A stretch of DNA of 64,000 nucleotides, from contig JANOTL010000109.1 in assembly GCA_031416315.1 (NCBI GenBank), positions 1 through 64,000 of the forward strand. The letters are read 5' to 3'. Shown one piece after another: positions 1 through 9,072 of the stretch. Under the pieces are notes generated by a model, which worked only from the letters and a program-made list of their open reading frames with translations, was not told the origin of the DNA and did no database searches. The stretch's first letter is position 1. Each line of letters opens with the position of its first letter. Position numbers and translations under genes: made by a program. This DNA is from Pseudomonadota bacterium. GTDB taxonomy: Bacteria > Bdellovibrionota_B > Oligoflexia > Oligoflexales > CAIYRB01.

Positions 1-187
1 CGACGACCGCGCTTTCGTCCGTATGTGTGGCCTCGAGGCTCGTGCGACAGGCCGTGCACCAGCTGGAGAAGAAGACGAGCTTCACCTGGCCGCCCCGCGC
101 CTTTGCCAGCTCGGCCAAGCCCTCCGGCGTCAGCGTCGCGCAATTCAACGCCGCGGCGGCCGCTGCCGCCAACCACATCGTGATCAC
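1..187 (-). CDS. Thioredoxin/TlpA-like exported redoxin, 3' end runs off the window
   Basis: Manual translation from GTG at 187 (overlaps the upstream TGA): MITMWLAAAAAAALNCATLTPEGLAELAKARGGQVKLVFFSSWCTACRTS. It has a signal-like N-terminus and an FxxWCxxC motif. Confidence 0.7.
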   Translation of the reverse strand, partial: MITMWLAAAAAAALNCATLTPEGLAELAKARGGQVKLVFFSSWCTACRTSLEATHTDESAVV

Positions 188-1032
188 CACGCCCCCAGCC
201 AAGCCAAAGTCACGCCGCGCGCCGACGACGCGTTTCGATTCCTTCCGTAAGCCGCCGACCGCGACACGGTCAAACGTACCGCCTGGGTCGCCGTCACCAT
301 CACGTCGCCGCCGAGAAAGACCGCGTTGTCCACCGTCTCGGAGCCCTTGATGGCTTCGCCGCCCGCTTCCCGTTTTCCCCGGCGCTCAACGGTCGTCCCG
401 GCGACGACTTTCCCGAGCTCGCCGAAAGCGTATCCAACCGTAGCTGTAGCTCGAGCTCCGCGCCCAGGCCTACGCTCGACCCCATCGATCTCGCGCGCAT
501 GCGGACTAAGAACAGTTGCTGCGATGCCGGCCTTCACCGTCGAGGAGCCCCACCACAGGTCTGCTCCGACACGGGACTCGTCGAAGCCGCCGCCGAAAAC
601 GTCCAGCCAGCTCACGTCTTCGGCCTCGTAGACGCTCCTCCCGACCGCCTTCTTGTGCGCGGCGAAGACTTGCACCTGCGGCTTCTTCGGCGAAAGCATC
701 GAAGGCTGAACGATCGTCCAATGGACCGACAGCAATGGATCGCCGACGCCGCTGTCGCTGCGACCGTCGCGCGCATTCTCCACGCGCGGCAGCGTCAACG
801 TCGCGAATCCGTCCGTCAAGAACGTCGCTCCGACCGCCGCGACCGCCGTCTGCTTCGTCTGCGGCCCGATCTCGGCCCCGCGCACCCCGGCGCCGTCGAC
901 GACGGAGAAATCGTCCTGCCGCGTCAGCGCAAAATAGGCCTTCACGGTCTCGTTCGGATAAAGAACCAAGGGCGCGTCGCCGCCGCTACCGCAGGAGGCG
1001 CAAGCGGTGACGATCATCGCGACGATCGTCAT
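184..1032 (-). CDS. Putative outer-membrane beta-barrel protein with N-terminal CxxC
   Basis: Part of ORF 184..1227; start reassigned to ATG 1032 (TGATG overlap with the upstream gene). N-terminal ACASCGSGG, GVGDP motif, alternating beta-strand pattern, C-terminal Trp. Confidence 0.55.
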   Translation of the reverse strand: MTIVAMIVTACASCGSGGDAPLVLYPNETVKAYFALTRQDDFSVVDGAGVRGAEIGPQTKQTAVAAVGATFLTDGFATLTLPRVENARDGRSDSGVGDPLLSVHWTIVQPSMLSPKKPQVQVFAAHKKAVGRSVYEAEDVSWLDVFGGGFDESRVGADLWWGSSTVKAGIAATVLSPHAREIDGVERRPGRGARATATVGYAFGELGKVVAGTTVERRGKREAGGEAIKGSETVDNAVFLGGDVMVTATQAVRLTVSRSAAYGRNRNASSARGVTLAWLGAW

Positions 1033-1523
1033 CAGGGCACGCTGACGGGCAGGACGGCCGTGTCGGCGACGCCGTCGACGGTCGCTTCGATCCGGAGCTC
1101 CCAGGCCCCCTTCATGATGAAGTGCAGCTTTGCGACGTCGATCTCGTTCGTCGCCTCGCGCTTCGCCGTCAGCGTCAGCTTTTTCATCGAATCCCGCGGC
1201 GCGCCGTGATCGTGCTCCGGCATCCACTGCACCAGCGAGACGGTGTCGACCAGGTTCGGCTTGGTCCGCGCCGCCGTGCCGAAGATCAAGGTCACGCGGT
1301 TGTCGGCGTCGACCTTCGGACCTTCGGTCCAGAGCGCGCCGACGGTGAAATGGCCATGCGCCGACACGACGCCCCCTTCGAAAAGAGAGCCGCCCGCCGG
1401 CACGGCCGGTTCGCCGCCGCCGCGATCCTTGCCCCCGCGATCGACCTGCTCCGCTTCACCGGCCCCACACCCGACCGCCGAAAGCACGGCGCAAGCCAGC
1501 GCGAAGGTCAATCTAACGCTCAA
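1032..1523 (-). CDS. YtkA/FixH-like lipoprotein
   Basis: Lipobox AVGC; motifs WMPEHDHG and LHFIMKGAWELRI typical of YtkA-like Ig domains. Start (TTG) is approximate. Confidence 0.65.
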   Translation of the reverse strand: MSVRLTFALACAVLSAVGCGAGEAEQVDRGGKDRGGGEPAVPAGGSLFEGGVVSAHGHFTVGALWTEGPKVDADNRVTLIFGTAARTKPNLVDTVSLVQWMPEHDHGAPRDSMKKLTLTAKREATNEIDVAKLHFIMKGAWELRIEATVDGVADTAVLPVSVP

Positions 1524-1929
1524 TTTGCACCTCGAACACCGCGCGGTCGCCGTCGTCCGGGAAGTGGACTTGCACCTCCCAAAGGCCAAGCATCATGAAG
1601 TCGACGTCCGCGATCTCCGTGCAGCCGTCCGGCGCGCGCGCCAAGCTCGTCGGCCCGCTGCCGTGCTCGTGAGCCGGCATCCACAGCACCGCCTCGTCGA
1701 TCGACGCGCTGGGCTCAGAGCAAAGGCGAGCCGCTTCCGTCTGACGCGTCACGCGCTCACTGGCGAACACGAGCGTCAACGCCTTGCCTTGCTCCGACAT
1801 CGTCCGACAAAGAAGGGAGCGACCGCGCGCCGGCGCCGCCAGCTCACAAATCGTTTCCGCCGCCGCGAAGGGCGCGCTCCCCGTCAGGATGACCAGGGCG
1901 ATGGACGCGAGCATCCGAAAAGGCTTCAT
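1513..1929 (-). CDS. YtkA/FixH-like secreted protein
   Basis: ATG 1929 after a GGGGG RBS; signal peptide MKPFRMLASIALVILTGSAPFAAA; motifs LWMPAHEHG and FMMLGLWEVQV. Confidence 0.65.
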   Translation of the reverse strand: MKPFRMLASIALVILTGSAPFAAAETICELAAPARGRSLLCRTMSEQGKALTLVFASERVTRQTEAARLCSEPSASIDEAVLWMPAHEHGSGPTSLARAPDGCTEIADVDFMMLGLWEVQVHFPDDGDRAVFEVQIER

Positions 1930-2045
1930 GTTTTTCCCCCAGAGCGTGGATTCGAGCCTCATTTCTACCCGCGAGCGTCGCGGAAAATCAAACGGGCAGC
2001 CCATTTCATCCGAAGGTTTTGAATTAACTGCCGATTGTGCAAGGC

Positions 2046-2489
2046 TCAGCGGCGCCGCGCCCGGAAGAACTCTTTCAGCACGAGCCCGCACTCTTCTCCG
2101 AGGACGCCCGCTTCCACCGGCAAGCGGTGATTGAGCCGGGTGTCTTCGTGCACTTTGTAGAGGCTCCCCATCGCGCCGGCCTTGGGGTCCAGTGCCCCAA
2201 ACACGACGCGCTCGAGGCGCGCTTGGTAGATCGCACCAGCACACATCAGGCACGGCTCGAGTGTCACGTAAAGCTCGCAACCCGTCAGCCGCCAAGACTT
2301 CAAGGTCGAGCAGGCTTCGCGGATCGCCGCCATTTCCGCGTGCTCGGTCGCGTCCTGGCGCGTCTCGCGCAGGTTCGCGCCGCGCCCGACGACGACGCCG
2401 TCGCGCACGATCACCGCGCCCACGGGCACCTCGCCGCGGGTCGCGGCGTCCCGGGCCAAGGCCAGCGCTTGGATCATCCACGCGCTCAA
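2046..2489 (-). CDS. tadA: tRNA adenosine(34) deaminase
   Basis: GEVPVGAVIV, HAE, YVTLEPCLMCAGAI, LNHR and FFRARR motifs. Confidence 0.93.
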   Translation of the reverse strand: MSAWMIQALALARDAATRGEVPVGAVIVRDGVVVGRGANLRETRQDATEHAEMAAIREACSTLKSWRLTGCELYVTLEPCLMCAGAIYQARLERVVFGALDPKAGAMGSLYKVHEDTRLNHRLPVEAGVLGEECGLVLKEFFRARRR

Positions 2490-3382
2490 GAGGAGCTCGC
2501 ACCCGACCGGCCCAGGTGCTTCGCGATGTTGCCCATCCGCCGCAGGCCGAGTCGCTCCATGATCTGATCCGGCGTCAAGCCGAGCCCGAGCATGTGGCTC
2601 ACGGCGTAGTGCCGCAGCGCTTCGGTGTTCAAGCTCTTGACCCCGGCCTTCTCGCCCAATTCGTACAGGATGAACTTCAAGCCGTGCCGCGTCATGTCCG
2701 GTAGGGAGCTCGCCGCATCGCGCCCCTTGAACGCGACGAACACGCGACGCTCTTTAGACGGCAACCCTGGCGATTGGTGGACCCCTTGATACGCCTCGCG
2801 GTAGCTCTTGAGCTGGTCGCGCGTCTCTTTCGACAGCGGCACCGAGCGCGAGCGCCCGCCGCCGACCAAGATCGAGCCGCCGCCTCGCTCCTCGATGATC
2901 GAGCTCCAGCGCAAATTGATGAGCTCGTTGGCCTTCAAGCCCTCGTGGGCCAGCATCGCGACGATCGTCGCATCGCGGTGCGCCTTCACCGGCGGCTTCC
3001 CGGCCAAAGCGACCGTCATGAGCTCGAAGACGTCGTCGTGGTCCAAACCCTTGGGCAGCCTTTCGTCCCGCTCGGGGATCGGCACCGCGTCGAACGGCGT
3101 GCCTTTCAGCGCCTTGGTCTCGGTCAGGTAGCGAAAGAATTGGCGCACGCCGATCGTCGTGCGGCGCACGGAGTTGTCGGCTTCCTCGAGGTCGGCGCGC
3201 AGGTGGTCCTGGTACGCGATTAGGGTCTCCGGCTCGACCTTGGTCACTGGCAGACGGCACCGCGTCAGGTAGTCGAGGAAGCGCTGCGCATCGCGGCAGT
3301 AAGACTCTACCGTCGAGGGCTGCTTGCCGCGCCGCGCCAGGCTCTCGCCGAAGCGCTCGACCGACTTTTGGTCCACCGTCAT
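2486..3382 (-). CDS. XerC/XerD-like tyrosine-recombinase-fold protein, predicted catalytically inactive
   Basis: N-terminal SAM-like domain (STVESYCRD, VRQFFRYL), LPKGL, RD...GLxxxEL and LRH motifs are present; most catalytic residues are substituted (see findings). Confidence 0.8.
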   Translation of the reverse strand: MTVDQKSVERFGESLARRGKQPSTVESYCRDAQRFLDYLTRCRLPVTKVEPETLIAYQDHLRADLEEADNSVRRTTIGVRQFFRYLTETKALKGTPFDAVPIPERDERLPKGLDHDDVFELMTVALAGKPPVKAHRDATIVAMLAHEGLKANELINLRWSSIIEERGGGSILVGGGRSRSVPLSKETRDQLKSYREAYQGVHQSPGLPSKERRVFVAFKGRDAASSLPDMTRHGLKFILYELGEKAGVKSLNTEALRHYAVSHMLGLGLTPDQIMERLGLRRMGNIAKHLGRSGASSS

Positions 3383-3462
3383 GGGGGGGTGCCAATCTTT
3401 GGTATATGGTATGATACCCCTCGCAAGTTACCCCTAATTCTTGCGATGCGCCAAGGTCGAAA

Positions 3463-4143
3463 ATGCGCGCTTTTCGTATGTCCGTCGTCGCCGTGATCGC
3501 GCTCTCCGCTGGACCAGCCGGTGAGGCGGCCGCCTGGGTGCGCCCCGAGATTCCCTCGACGCAGGCGCCCGCTAGCGGTCCCGCCGCACGGCTCGACTAC
3601 GTCCTCGTCGAGGTGAACGGCCAGCCGCGCGTCATCCGCGACGGCGAGGAGCTCCAGGTGGTCACCGGCGACCGCGTCATGATCAAGGACGCCCAGCTCC
3701 GGGACGCCGCGGGCAAGATCCGAGAGCTCAACGTCGTCGGCTTCCAAAGCGCCCGCGGCGGCGAGGATCGCGGCGCCACCATCGACACCGCGAAGGACCT
3801 CAAGGCGAAATACTCGGAAGGCGGCAAAGGCTCGGTCTACGCCGTCGTCGCCAGCTCCAAGGCCACCCTCCACGGGGCCGTCTATTTGAACCTCGTCGCC
3901 CCGACGCTCCGCTACGCGGAGATCAGCGTCAACGGCCAGAAGCGCGTGCTCCGCGACGGTGAGCTCGTCAGGGTGAAGGGCGCCGACGCCGTCAAGGTCG
4001 AGCGCGTCGTCACCAACCTCGAGTCCCACGACGGCGTCCTCTTCCAGATGGCCGAGGTCGATCCGGCGCAAGGCGACTACGAGATCCGCTTCACGCGCGG
4101 TGATGCGGTCTTCGCGACGATCCCGCTCAAGGTCAGCGAGTGA
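3463..4143 (+). CDS. Secreted hypothetical protein with internal tandem duplication
   Basis: Signal peptide; repeated VNGQPRVIRDGEELQV / VNGQKRVLRDGELVRV; GTGA overlap with the downstream kinase. Confidence 0.7.
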   Translation: MRAFRMSVVAVIALSAGPAGEAAAWVRPEIPSTQAPASGPAARLDYVLVEVNGQPRVIRDGEELQVVTGDRVMIKDAQLRDAAGKIRELNVVGFQSARGGEDRGATIDTAKDLKAKYSEGGKGSVYAVVASSKATLHGAVYLNLVAPTLRYAEISVNGQKRVLRDGELVRVKGADAVKVERVVTNLESHDGVLFQMAEVDPAQGDYEIRFTRGDAVFATIPLKVSE

Positions 4144-6428
4144 CCTCAAAGCGCACTCCAGCGGAGAGACGGCGCATCCTTGAGCTCTTCGCGATCGTCG
4201 CCACGACGGTCCTGCTCATCCTCCTCTCGCGCCTCGAGACGCGCCTCTTCGACCTCTCGGAGACCTTGGCGAAGAACCACGACTTCTTCACCACCGTCGT
4301 CTACTTCGGCCTCATCAATTTCAACGTCATCCTGATCCTGGTCCTCTCGTTCCTCCTCTTCCGCAACGTCGCCAAGCTCGTCGTCGAGCGCCGCCGCGGC
4401 GTTTTCGGCTCGAACCTGCGCACGAAGCTCGTCGCCACCCTGATGTTCTTCGCGCTCGCGCCGACGATCCTCCTCGTCTACGTCTCCGCCCGCTTCATCA
4501 TCACGAGCTTCGACGAATGGTTCTCGGAGAAAGTGCGGGTGACGATGCACCAAACGCGGGAAGCCGGCGCCAAAGTCTACAAGCAGGACCAGAGGCGTCT
4601 CGAGTCCCTCGCCCGCATCGCGCTGCAACGCGTGAAGACCGTGCTGCCGAACGAGCAGTTCATGATCGACCAGCAGCTGATCATCCCGGAGCAGCTCGAG
4701 TCCTTCGACAGCCAGTACGGCATCGACGCCGTGAAGGTCTACGACAACACCGCGCGTCTCCTCTGGTCGAGCAAAGGCCCGACCGACGAGGCTTTCAAGG
4801 GCCCCGTCGACGTCTTCGTCACCGAAGCCCTAGAGCGCTTCGGCCTCGAGCCCGGCCTCTGGTCGATGAGCACCGTCGCCGGCGAGGACCAGCAGGACGT
4901 CGTCAAAGGCGTAGCCCCCGTCGTGCACCCGCAAACCAAGCAGCTCTTGGGCGCCGTCCTCACCGAGACGCGCTTCGAGACGCAGATCCTGAAGTCGATC
5001 GAGTCGATCCAGCAAGGCTTCGCCAACCTCAGGCCGGGCGCGCAGCTCATCAAGCTCAGCTACCTCATCCTTCTCGTGGTGATGACGCTCTTGATCGTCT
5101 TCTCCGCCGTCTGGCTCGGCTTTTATGTCGCCCGCGGCATCACCGGCCCCATTCAAAGCCTGGCCGAGGGCACGCGCGAGGTGGCCCTCGGGAACTACAA
5201 CGTGACGCTCACCGCGCGCTCCGAGGACGAGACCGGCCAGCTCGTCCAGTCGTTCAACATGATGACCAAGGATCTGCAGCGCCACCGCTCGCAGGCCGAG
5301 GAAGCGCGCATCGCCCTCCTGAAGTCCAACGAAGAGCTCGACAAGCGCCGCCAGTACATGGAGGTCGTCCTCAAGAACGTCTCTGCCGGCGTCCTTTCGG
5401 TCGACGCCGACGGCATCATCACCACGGTCAACGACGCCGCCGCCTCGCTCCTCAACCTCGACTCGCGCTTGGCGCTCGGCGCGAAGATCAGAGACGGCCT
5501 CGGCGCCGCCATCCACGAGGCCTTCTGGAAGCCGATCGAGGAGAAGCTCAGCGAGGGCGGCGGCCGCGACAGCTTCAGCGCCCAGATCGACCTGGTCGTC
5601 CAGCGCCGTGACGGCGCCCGCGAGGTCACGGTGCTCGTCGACGGCACCCGCTTCTTCGACGACGGCGGCGAGAACCTCGGCATGGTGCTCGTCTTCGACG
5701 ACGCCGCCGAGCAGGTCAAGATCCAGCGCGTCGCCGCCTGGAAGGAAGTCGCCCGCCGCATCGCCCACGAGATCAAGAACCCGGTCACCCCGATCAAGCT
5801 CAGCGCGCAAAGGCTTCTTCGCCGCTTCCTGACCAAGTTCGAAGGTGAAGAGAAGGAGGTCTTCGAGTCCTGCCTCGAGACCATCTTGAAGCAGGTCGAC
5901 TCGCTGCGCGACCTGGTCAACGAGTTCTCCAAGTTCTCGCGGCTCCCGCAGGTGAAGCTGCGCAATGCCAGCATGAATCAAATCATCGAAGAGACCGTCA
6001 GCCTTTTTAAAATGAGTTACGCCAACGTCGCGTTCGACACCTCCGGCTTGGCCGAGGTCCCCGAGTTCCCGCTCGACCGCGACCAAATGAGCCGCGTCTT
6101 CGTCAACTTGATCACCAACGCCGTGCAGGCGATGGACCCCGCTCTAGGCCCCGGACGCGTCGAAATCCGCAGCATGTTGCTGCAGGATCTCTCGACCGTC
6201 CGCATCGAGACCTTGGACAACGGCTCCGGCATCCCGGCGCATCTTCGCGACCGCGTCCTCGAGCCGTATTATTCCACCAAGGACGGCGGCACGGGCTTGG
6301 GGCTCGCCATCGTCAACCAGATCGTCACCGATCACGGCGGCTATCTGCGCATCGCCGCGAACGAGCCGCGCGGCACCCGCATCATCATCGAGCTGCCGCT
6401 GCGTGTTTTGACCAGGAGCCCCGCGTGA
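4140..6428 (+). CDS. ntrY: NtrY-like sensor histidine kinase (TM, HAMP, PAS, HisKA, HATPase)
   Basis: LRTKLV..F..LAPT, AAWKEVARRIAHEIKNPVTPIKLSA H-box, NLITNA, DNGSG, GGTGLGLAIV. Confidence 0.88.
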   Translation: MTSKRTPAERRRILELFAIVATTVLLILLSRLETRLFDLSETLAKNHDFFTTVVYFGLINFNVILILVLSFLLFRNVAKLVVERRRGVFGSNLRTKLVATLMFFALAPTILLVYVSARFIITSFDEWFSEKVRVTMHQTREAGAKVYKQDQRRLESLARIALQRVKTVLPNEQFMIDQQLIIPEQLESFDSQYGIDAVKVYDNTARLLWSSKGPTDEAFKGPVDVFVTEALERFGLEPGLWSMSTVAGEDQQDVVKGVAPVVHPQTKQLLGAVLTETRFETQILKSIESIQQGFANLRPGAQLIKLSYLILLVVMTLLIVFSAVWLGFYVARGITGPIQSLAEGTREVALGNYNVTLTARSEDETGQLVQSFNMMTKDLQRHRSQAEEARIALLKSNEELDKRRQYMEVVLKNVSAGVLSVDADGIITTVNDAAASLLNLDSRLALGAKIRDGLGAAIHEAFWKPIEEKLSEGGGRDSFSAQIDLVVQRRDGAREVTVLVDGTRFFDDGGENLGMVLVFDDAAEQVKIQRVAAWKEVARRIAHEIKNPVTPIKLSAQRLLRRFLTKFEGEEKEVFESCLETILKQVDSLRDLVNEFSKFSRLPQVKLRNASMNQIIEETVSLFKMSYANVAFDTSGLAEVPEFPLDRDQMSRVFVNLITNAVQAMDPALGPGRVEIRSMLLQDLSTVRIETLDNGSGIPAHLRDRVLEPYYSTKDGGTGLGLAIVNQIVTDHGGYLRIAANEPRGTRIIIELPLRVLTRSPA

Positions 6429-7816
6429 AGGACAAGCCGAAGAAGACTGGACCTTTGGCGCTCATCGTCGACGACGAGGTGGCGATCTGCACGTCGCTTT
6501 CCGGAGTGCTCGAGGACGAGGGCTGGCGCTGCGTGAGCGCCCACTCCGGCCGCCAAGGCATGATCGAGTACAAGGCCAACCCTCCCGACATCGTCTTTCT
6601 CGACGTTTGGATGCCGGGCATGGACGGCATCGAGGTCTTGCAGTCTTTGAAAGAGATGCGCGACGACATTCCGGTCGTGATCATGAGCGGCCACGCCACG
6701 ATCGAGACCGCGGTGAAGGCGACGAAGCTCGGCGCCTTCGACTTCCTCGAGAAGCCGCTTTCCCTGGACAAGATCCTGCCGATGATCGCGCAAGCCAGGG
6801 TCATGAAGGAACGCCGCGAGAAGGGCGGCCTGCCGCTCAAGCGCCACGACCTGATCGGCGACTCGCCGGCGATGCAGCAGATCAAAAAGCAGATCAAGGT
6901 CGTCGCGCCGCGCAACGCTTGGGTCTTGATCACCGGCGAGAACGGCACCGGCAAGGAGGTGGTGGCGATGAACGTCCACGCCTCTAGCTCCCGCGCCGCC
7001 AAGCCGTTCATCGCGCTGAACTGCGCCGCGATCCCCGAGAACTTGATCGAGAGCGAGCTCTTCGGCCACGTCAAAGGCGCCTTCACCGGCGCGACCGGCA
7101 CGCAGCGCGGCAAGTTCGAGCTCGCGCACGAGGGCACGCTCTTCCTCGACGAGATCGGCGACATGGCGCTCAAGACGCAGGCGAAGATCTTGCGCGTTCT
7201 TCAAGAACGCCAGCTCGAGCGCTTGGGCGACGACGAGACCATCGCCGTCGACGTGCGCGTCATCGCCGCGACCAACAAAGACCTGGCCGAGGGCATCAGA
7301 GACGGTAGCTTCCGCGAGGACCTCTTTTACCGCTTGAACGTCGTCCCGTTCCACCTCCCGCCCTTGCGCGAGCGCGCCGAGGATGTCTGCGACCTCATCC
7401 GCCATTTCCTCGCGGCGATGACGGTCGAGCTGAAGGAGCCGGAGAAATCCGTGAGCCCCGAGGCGATGGAGCACCTCATGGCCTACTCCTGGCCCGGCAA
7501 CGTCCGCGAGCTCAGGAACCTCGTCGAACGCCTTTGCATCATGGTCCCCGGCGAGGTCATCCAGGTGGAGGATCTCCCCGAGCAGCTCACCAGCGCCGCG
7601 GCCCGCGAGGATTCCCGCGCCGCCAACGCCGCCGGCATGGGCGCCTCCACCCTGAAGGAAGCGAAATCCGACTTTGAGCGGGCCTATATTCTTGATAAAC
7701 TTCAAGAAAATGCTTGGAACGTGTCCAAGACCGCGGAGGCGATCGGCATCGAGCGCTCGAACCTTCACCGCAAGCTCCGCGCCTACAACATCGATCCCAA
7801 GCGTTTGAAGGAGTGA
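6425..7816 (+). CDS. ntrX: NtrX-like sigma-54 response regulator (REC-AAA+-Fis HTH)
   Basis: VDDE, LDVWMP, GENGTGKE, intact GAFTGA, LFLDEIGD, WPGNVREL, C-terminal HTH; coupled to the kinase. Confidence 0.88.
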   Translation: MKDKPKKTGPLALIVDDEVAICTSLSGVLEDEGWRCVSAHSGRQGMIEYKANPPDIVFLDVWMPGMDGIEVLQSLKEMRDDIPVVIMSGHATIETAVKATKLGAFDFLEKPLSLDKILPMIAQARVMKERREKGGLPLKRHDLIGDSPAMQQIKKQIKVVAPRNAWVLITGENGTGKEVVAMNVHASSSRAAKPFIALNCAAIPENLIESELFGHVKGAFTGATGTQRGKFELAHEGTLFLDEIGDMALKTQAKILRVLQERQLERLGDDETIAVDVRVIAATNKDLAEGIRDGSFREDLFYRLNVVPFHLPPLRERAEDVCDLIRHFLAAMTVELKEPEKSVSPEAMEHLMAYSWPGNVRELRNLVERLCIMVPGEVIQVEDLPEQLTSAAAREDSRAANAAGMGASTLKEAKSDFERAYILDKLQENAWNVSKTAEAIGIERSNLHRKLRAYNIDPKRLKE

Positions 7817-7818
7817 GC

Positions 7819-9072
7819 ATGTCGACGACCACCGTCGCCCAGCAGGACCAAGGCATCTTGATCTCCGGCGAGGAGTTCGCGGCCCAGGCCGGCAACGTCT
7901 GGGCTGCCGAGCGCGTCGACGACAAGCGCGTCCTCCTCACCGTCCAGGAGGGCGCTCTCGGCGTGAAGACCGAGAACGTCAAGGCGATGGCCTCGCTCCC
8001 GGTCGACGGCTTCCGCGAGCTCCTCTTCGGCCTTCTCGCCTCGCGTTGGACCGGTGCCGTGCACGTCGACACCGGCTACGGCCTGAAAAAGCTTTATCTC
8101 ACTGCCGGTCAGGTCGTCTTCGCCGCCTCCAGCGTCATCGACGACCGCCTGGGCGAGGTCATCTACCGCGAGGCGAAGATCTCCCTCGACGAGCTCACCG
8201 CCGCCGCCGCACAGGTGACCAAAGCCCGGAAGTTCGGCCAGGTCCTGCTCGCCTCGAGCCGCTTCGGCAACTTGGATCTGTGGGAGGCCCTGCGTTTGCA
8301 GGTCCGTCAGATCGTACGCTCGATGTTCATGAACGACCGCGTTTATCTGGAGCTGCAGGAGGGCTCCGGACTCGCGCCCACCGAGGTCGTATTCGAGGAA
8401 TCGGGCGAGGACCTGATCGGTGAATGCTATGCCTTCGGCGCCGCCTACCGCGCTTTCCTCGCGCGTCTGCGTGCCGAGACGACCGTGCACCTAACGCAGC
8501 CGCGCAGCCAGCTCGCGACGCATCCATCTGGGCAGTTCAAGCCCGGTACCTTTCTCGGCGACCTTCTCGAGCTGATCGAGGCGCACGCGAACGTGCAGGA
8601 GCTCCTCTACTCTTCCAAGCTGATCGACAACTACACGGTCTCGGCGATGTTGCATCTGGCGAACATCGGCGTCGCCAAGCTCGCCCCAGATTTCGACGGC
8701 GAGCGCAAAGGTGCGCAGAGCGCGCTCGCGCCGCTGAAGTCGCGGCTCGACGGCTATTCCTACGTCCTCGTCGCCGTGCGCAAGGCCTTCGCCGACGCCA
8801 AGCGCGATTTTCCGATCCGAGACGTCGCCGCGTTCGCCGGCCGCCTCAATCCGTCGAGCTTCGTCAGCGTCACGGTCGACGGCAACGGCGAGCTGACGCG
8901 GCAATCTGTCGCTGCGATGCTGGCGCAAGGCGCCGCGCATCCGCCGCGTGTGCAATACTTCTCGACCCGCATCGACGCGCTGACGCAGTTCCTCCTGCAG
9001 ATCGCCGGCGACAACCTCGAATTCCAGACCGCGAAGAAGATCCGTCAAGACTTCCGCGCGATCTCCGCATGA
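7819..9072 (+). CDS. DUF4388/PATAN-like domain protein
   Basis: ATG 7819 after AAGGAG; LASRWTGAVHV...KKLYLTAGQVVFAAS...RLGEVI...KFGQVLL pattern. Confidence 0.6.
   Translation: MSTTTVAQQDQGILISGEEFAAQAGNVWAAERVDDKRVLLTVQEGALGVKTENVKAMASLPVDGFRELLFGLLASRWTGAVHVDTGYGLKKLYLTAGQVVFAASSVIDDRLGEVIYREAKISLDELTAAAAQVTKARKFGQVLLASSRFGNLDLWEALRLQVRQIVRSMFMNDRVYLELQEGSGLAPTEVVFEESGEDLIGECYAFGAAYRAFLARLRAETTVHLTQPRSQLATHPSGQFKPGTFLGDLLELIEAHANVQELLYSSKLIDNYTVSAMLHLANIGVAKLAPDFDGERKGAQSALAPLKSRLDGYSYVLVAVRKAFADAKRDFPIRDVAAFAGRLNPSSFVSVTVDGNGELTRQSVAAMLAQGAAHPPRVQYFSTRIDALTQFLLQIAGDNLEFQTAKKIRQDFRAISA

Noticed and set aside
2486..3382. Recombinase as a prophage or island integrase
   Set aside because: No phage genes or att-like repeats nearby, catalytic residues are missing, and it is coupled to the housekeeping gene tadA.
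8424..9068. N-terminal extension of rlmB in the ORF track
   Set aside because: Arg-rich off-frame read of the upstream gene; ATG 9069 overlaps its stop codon.
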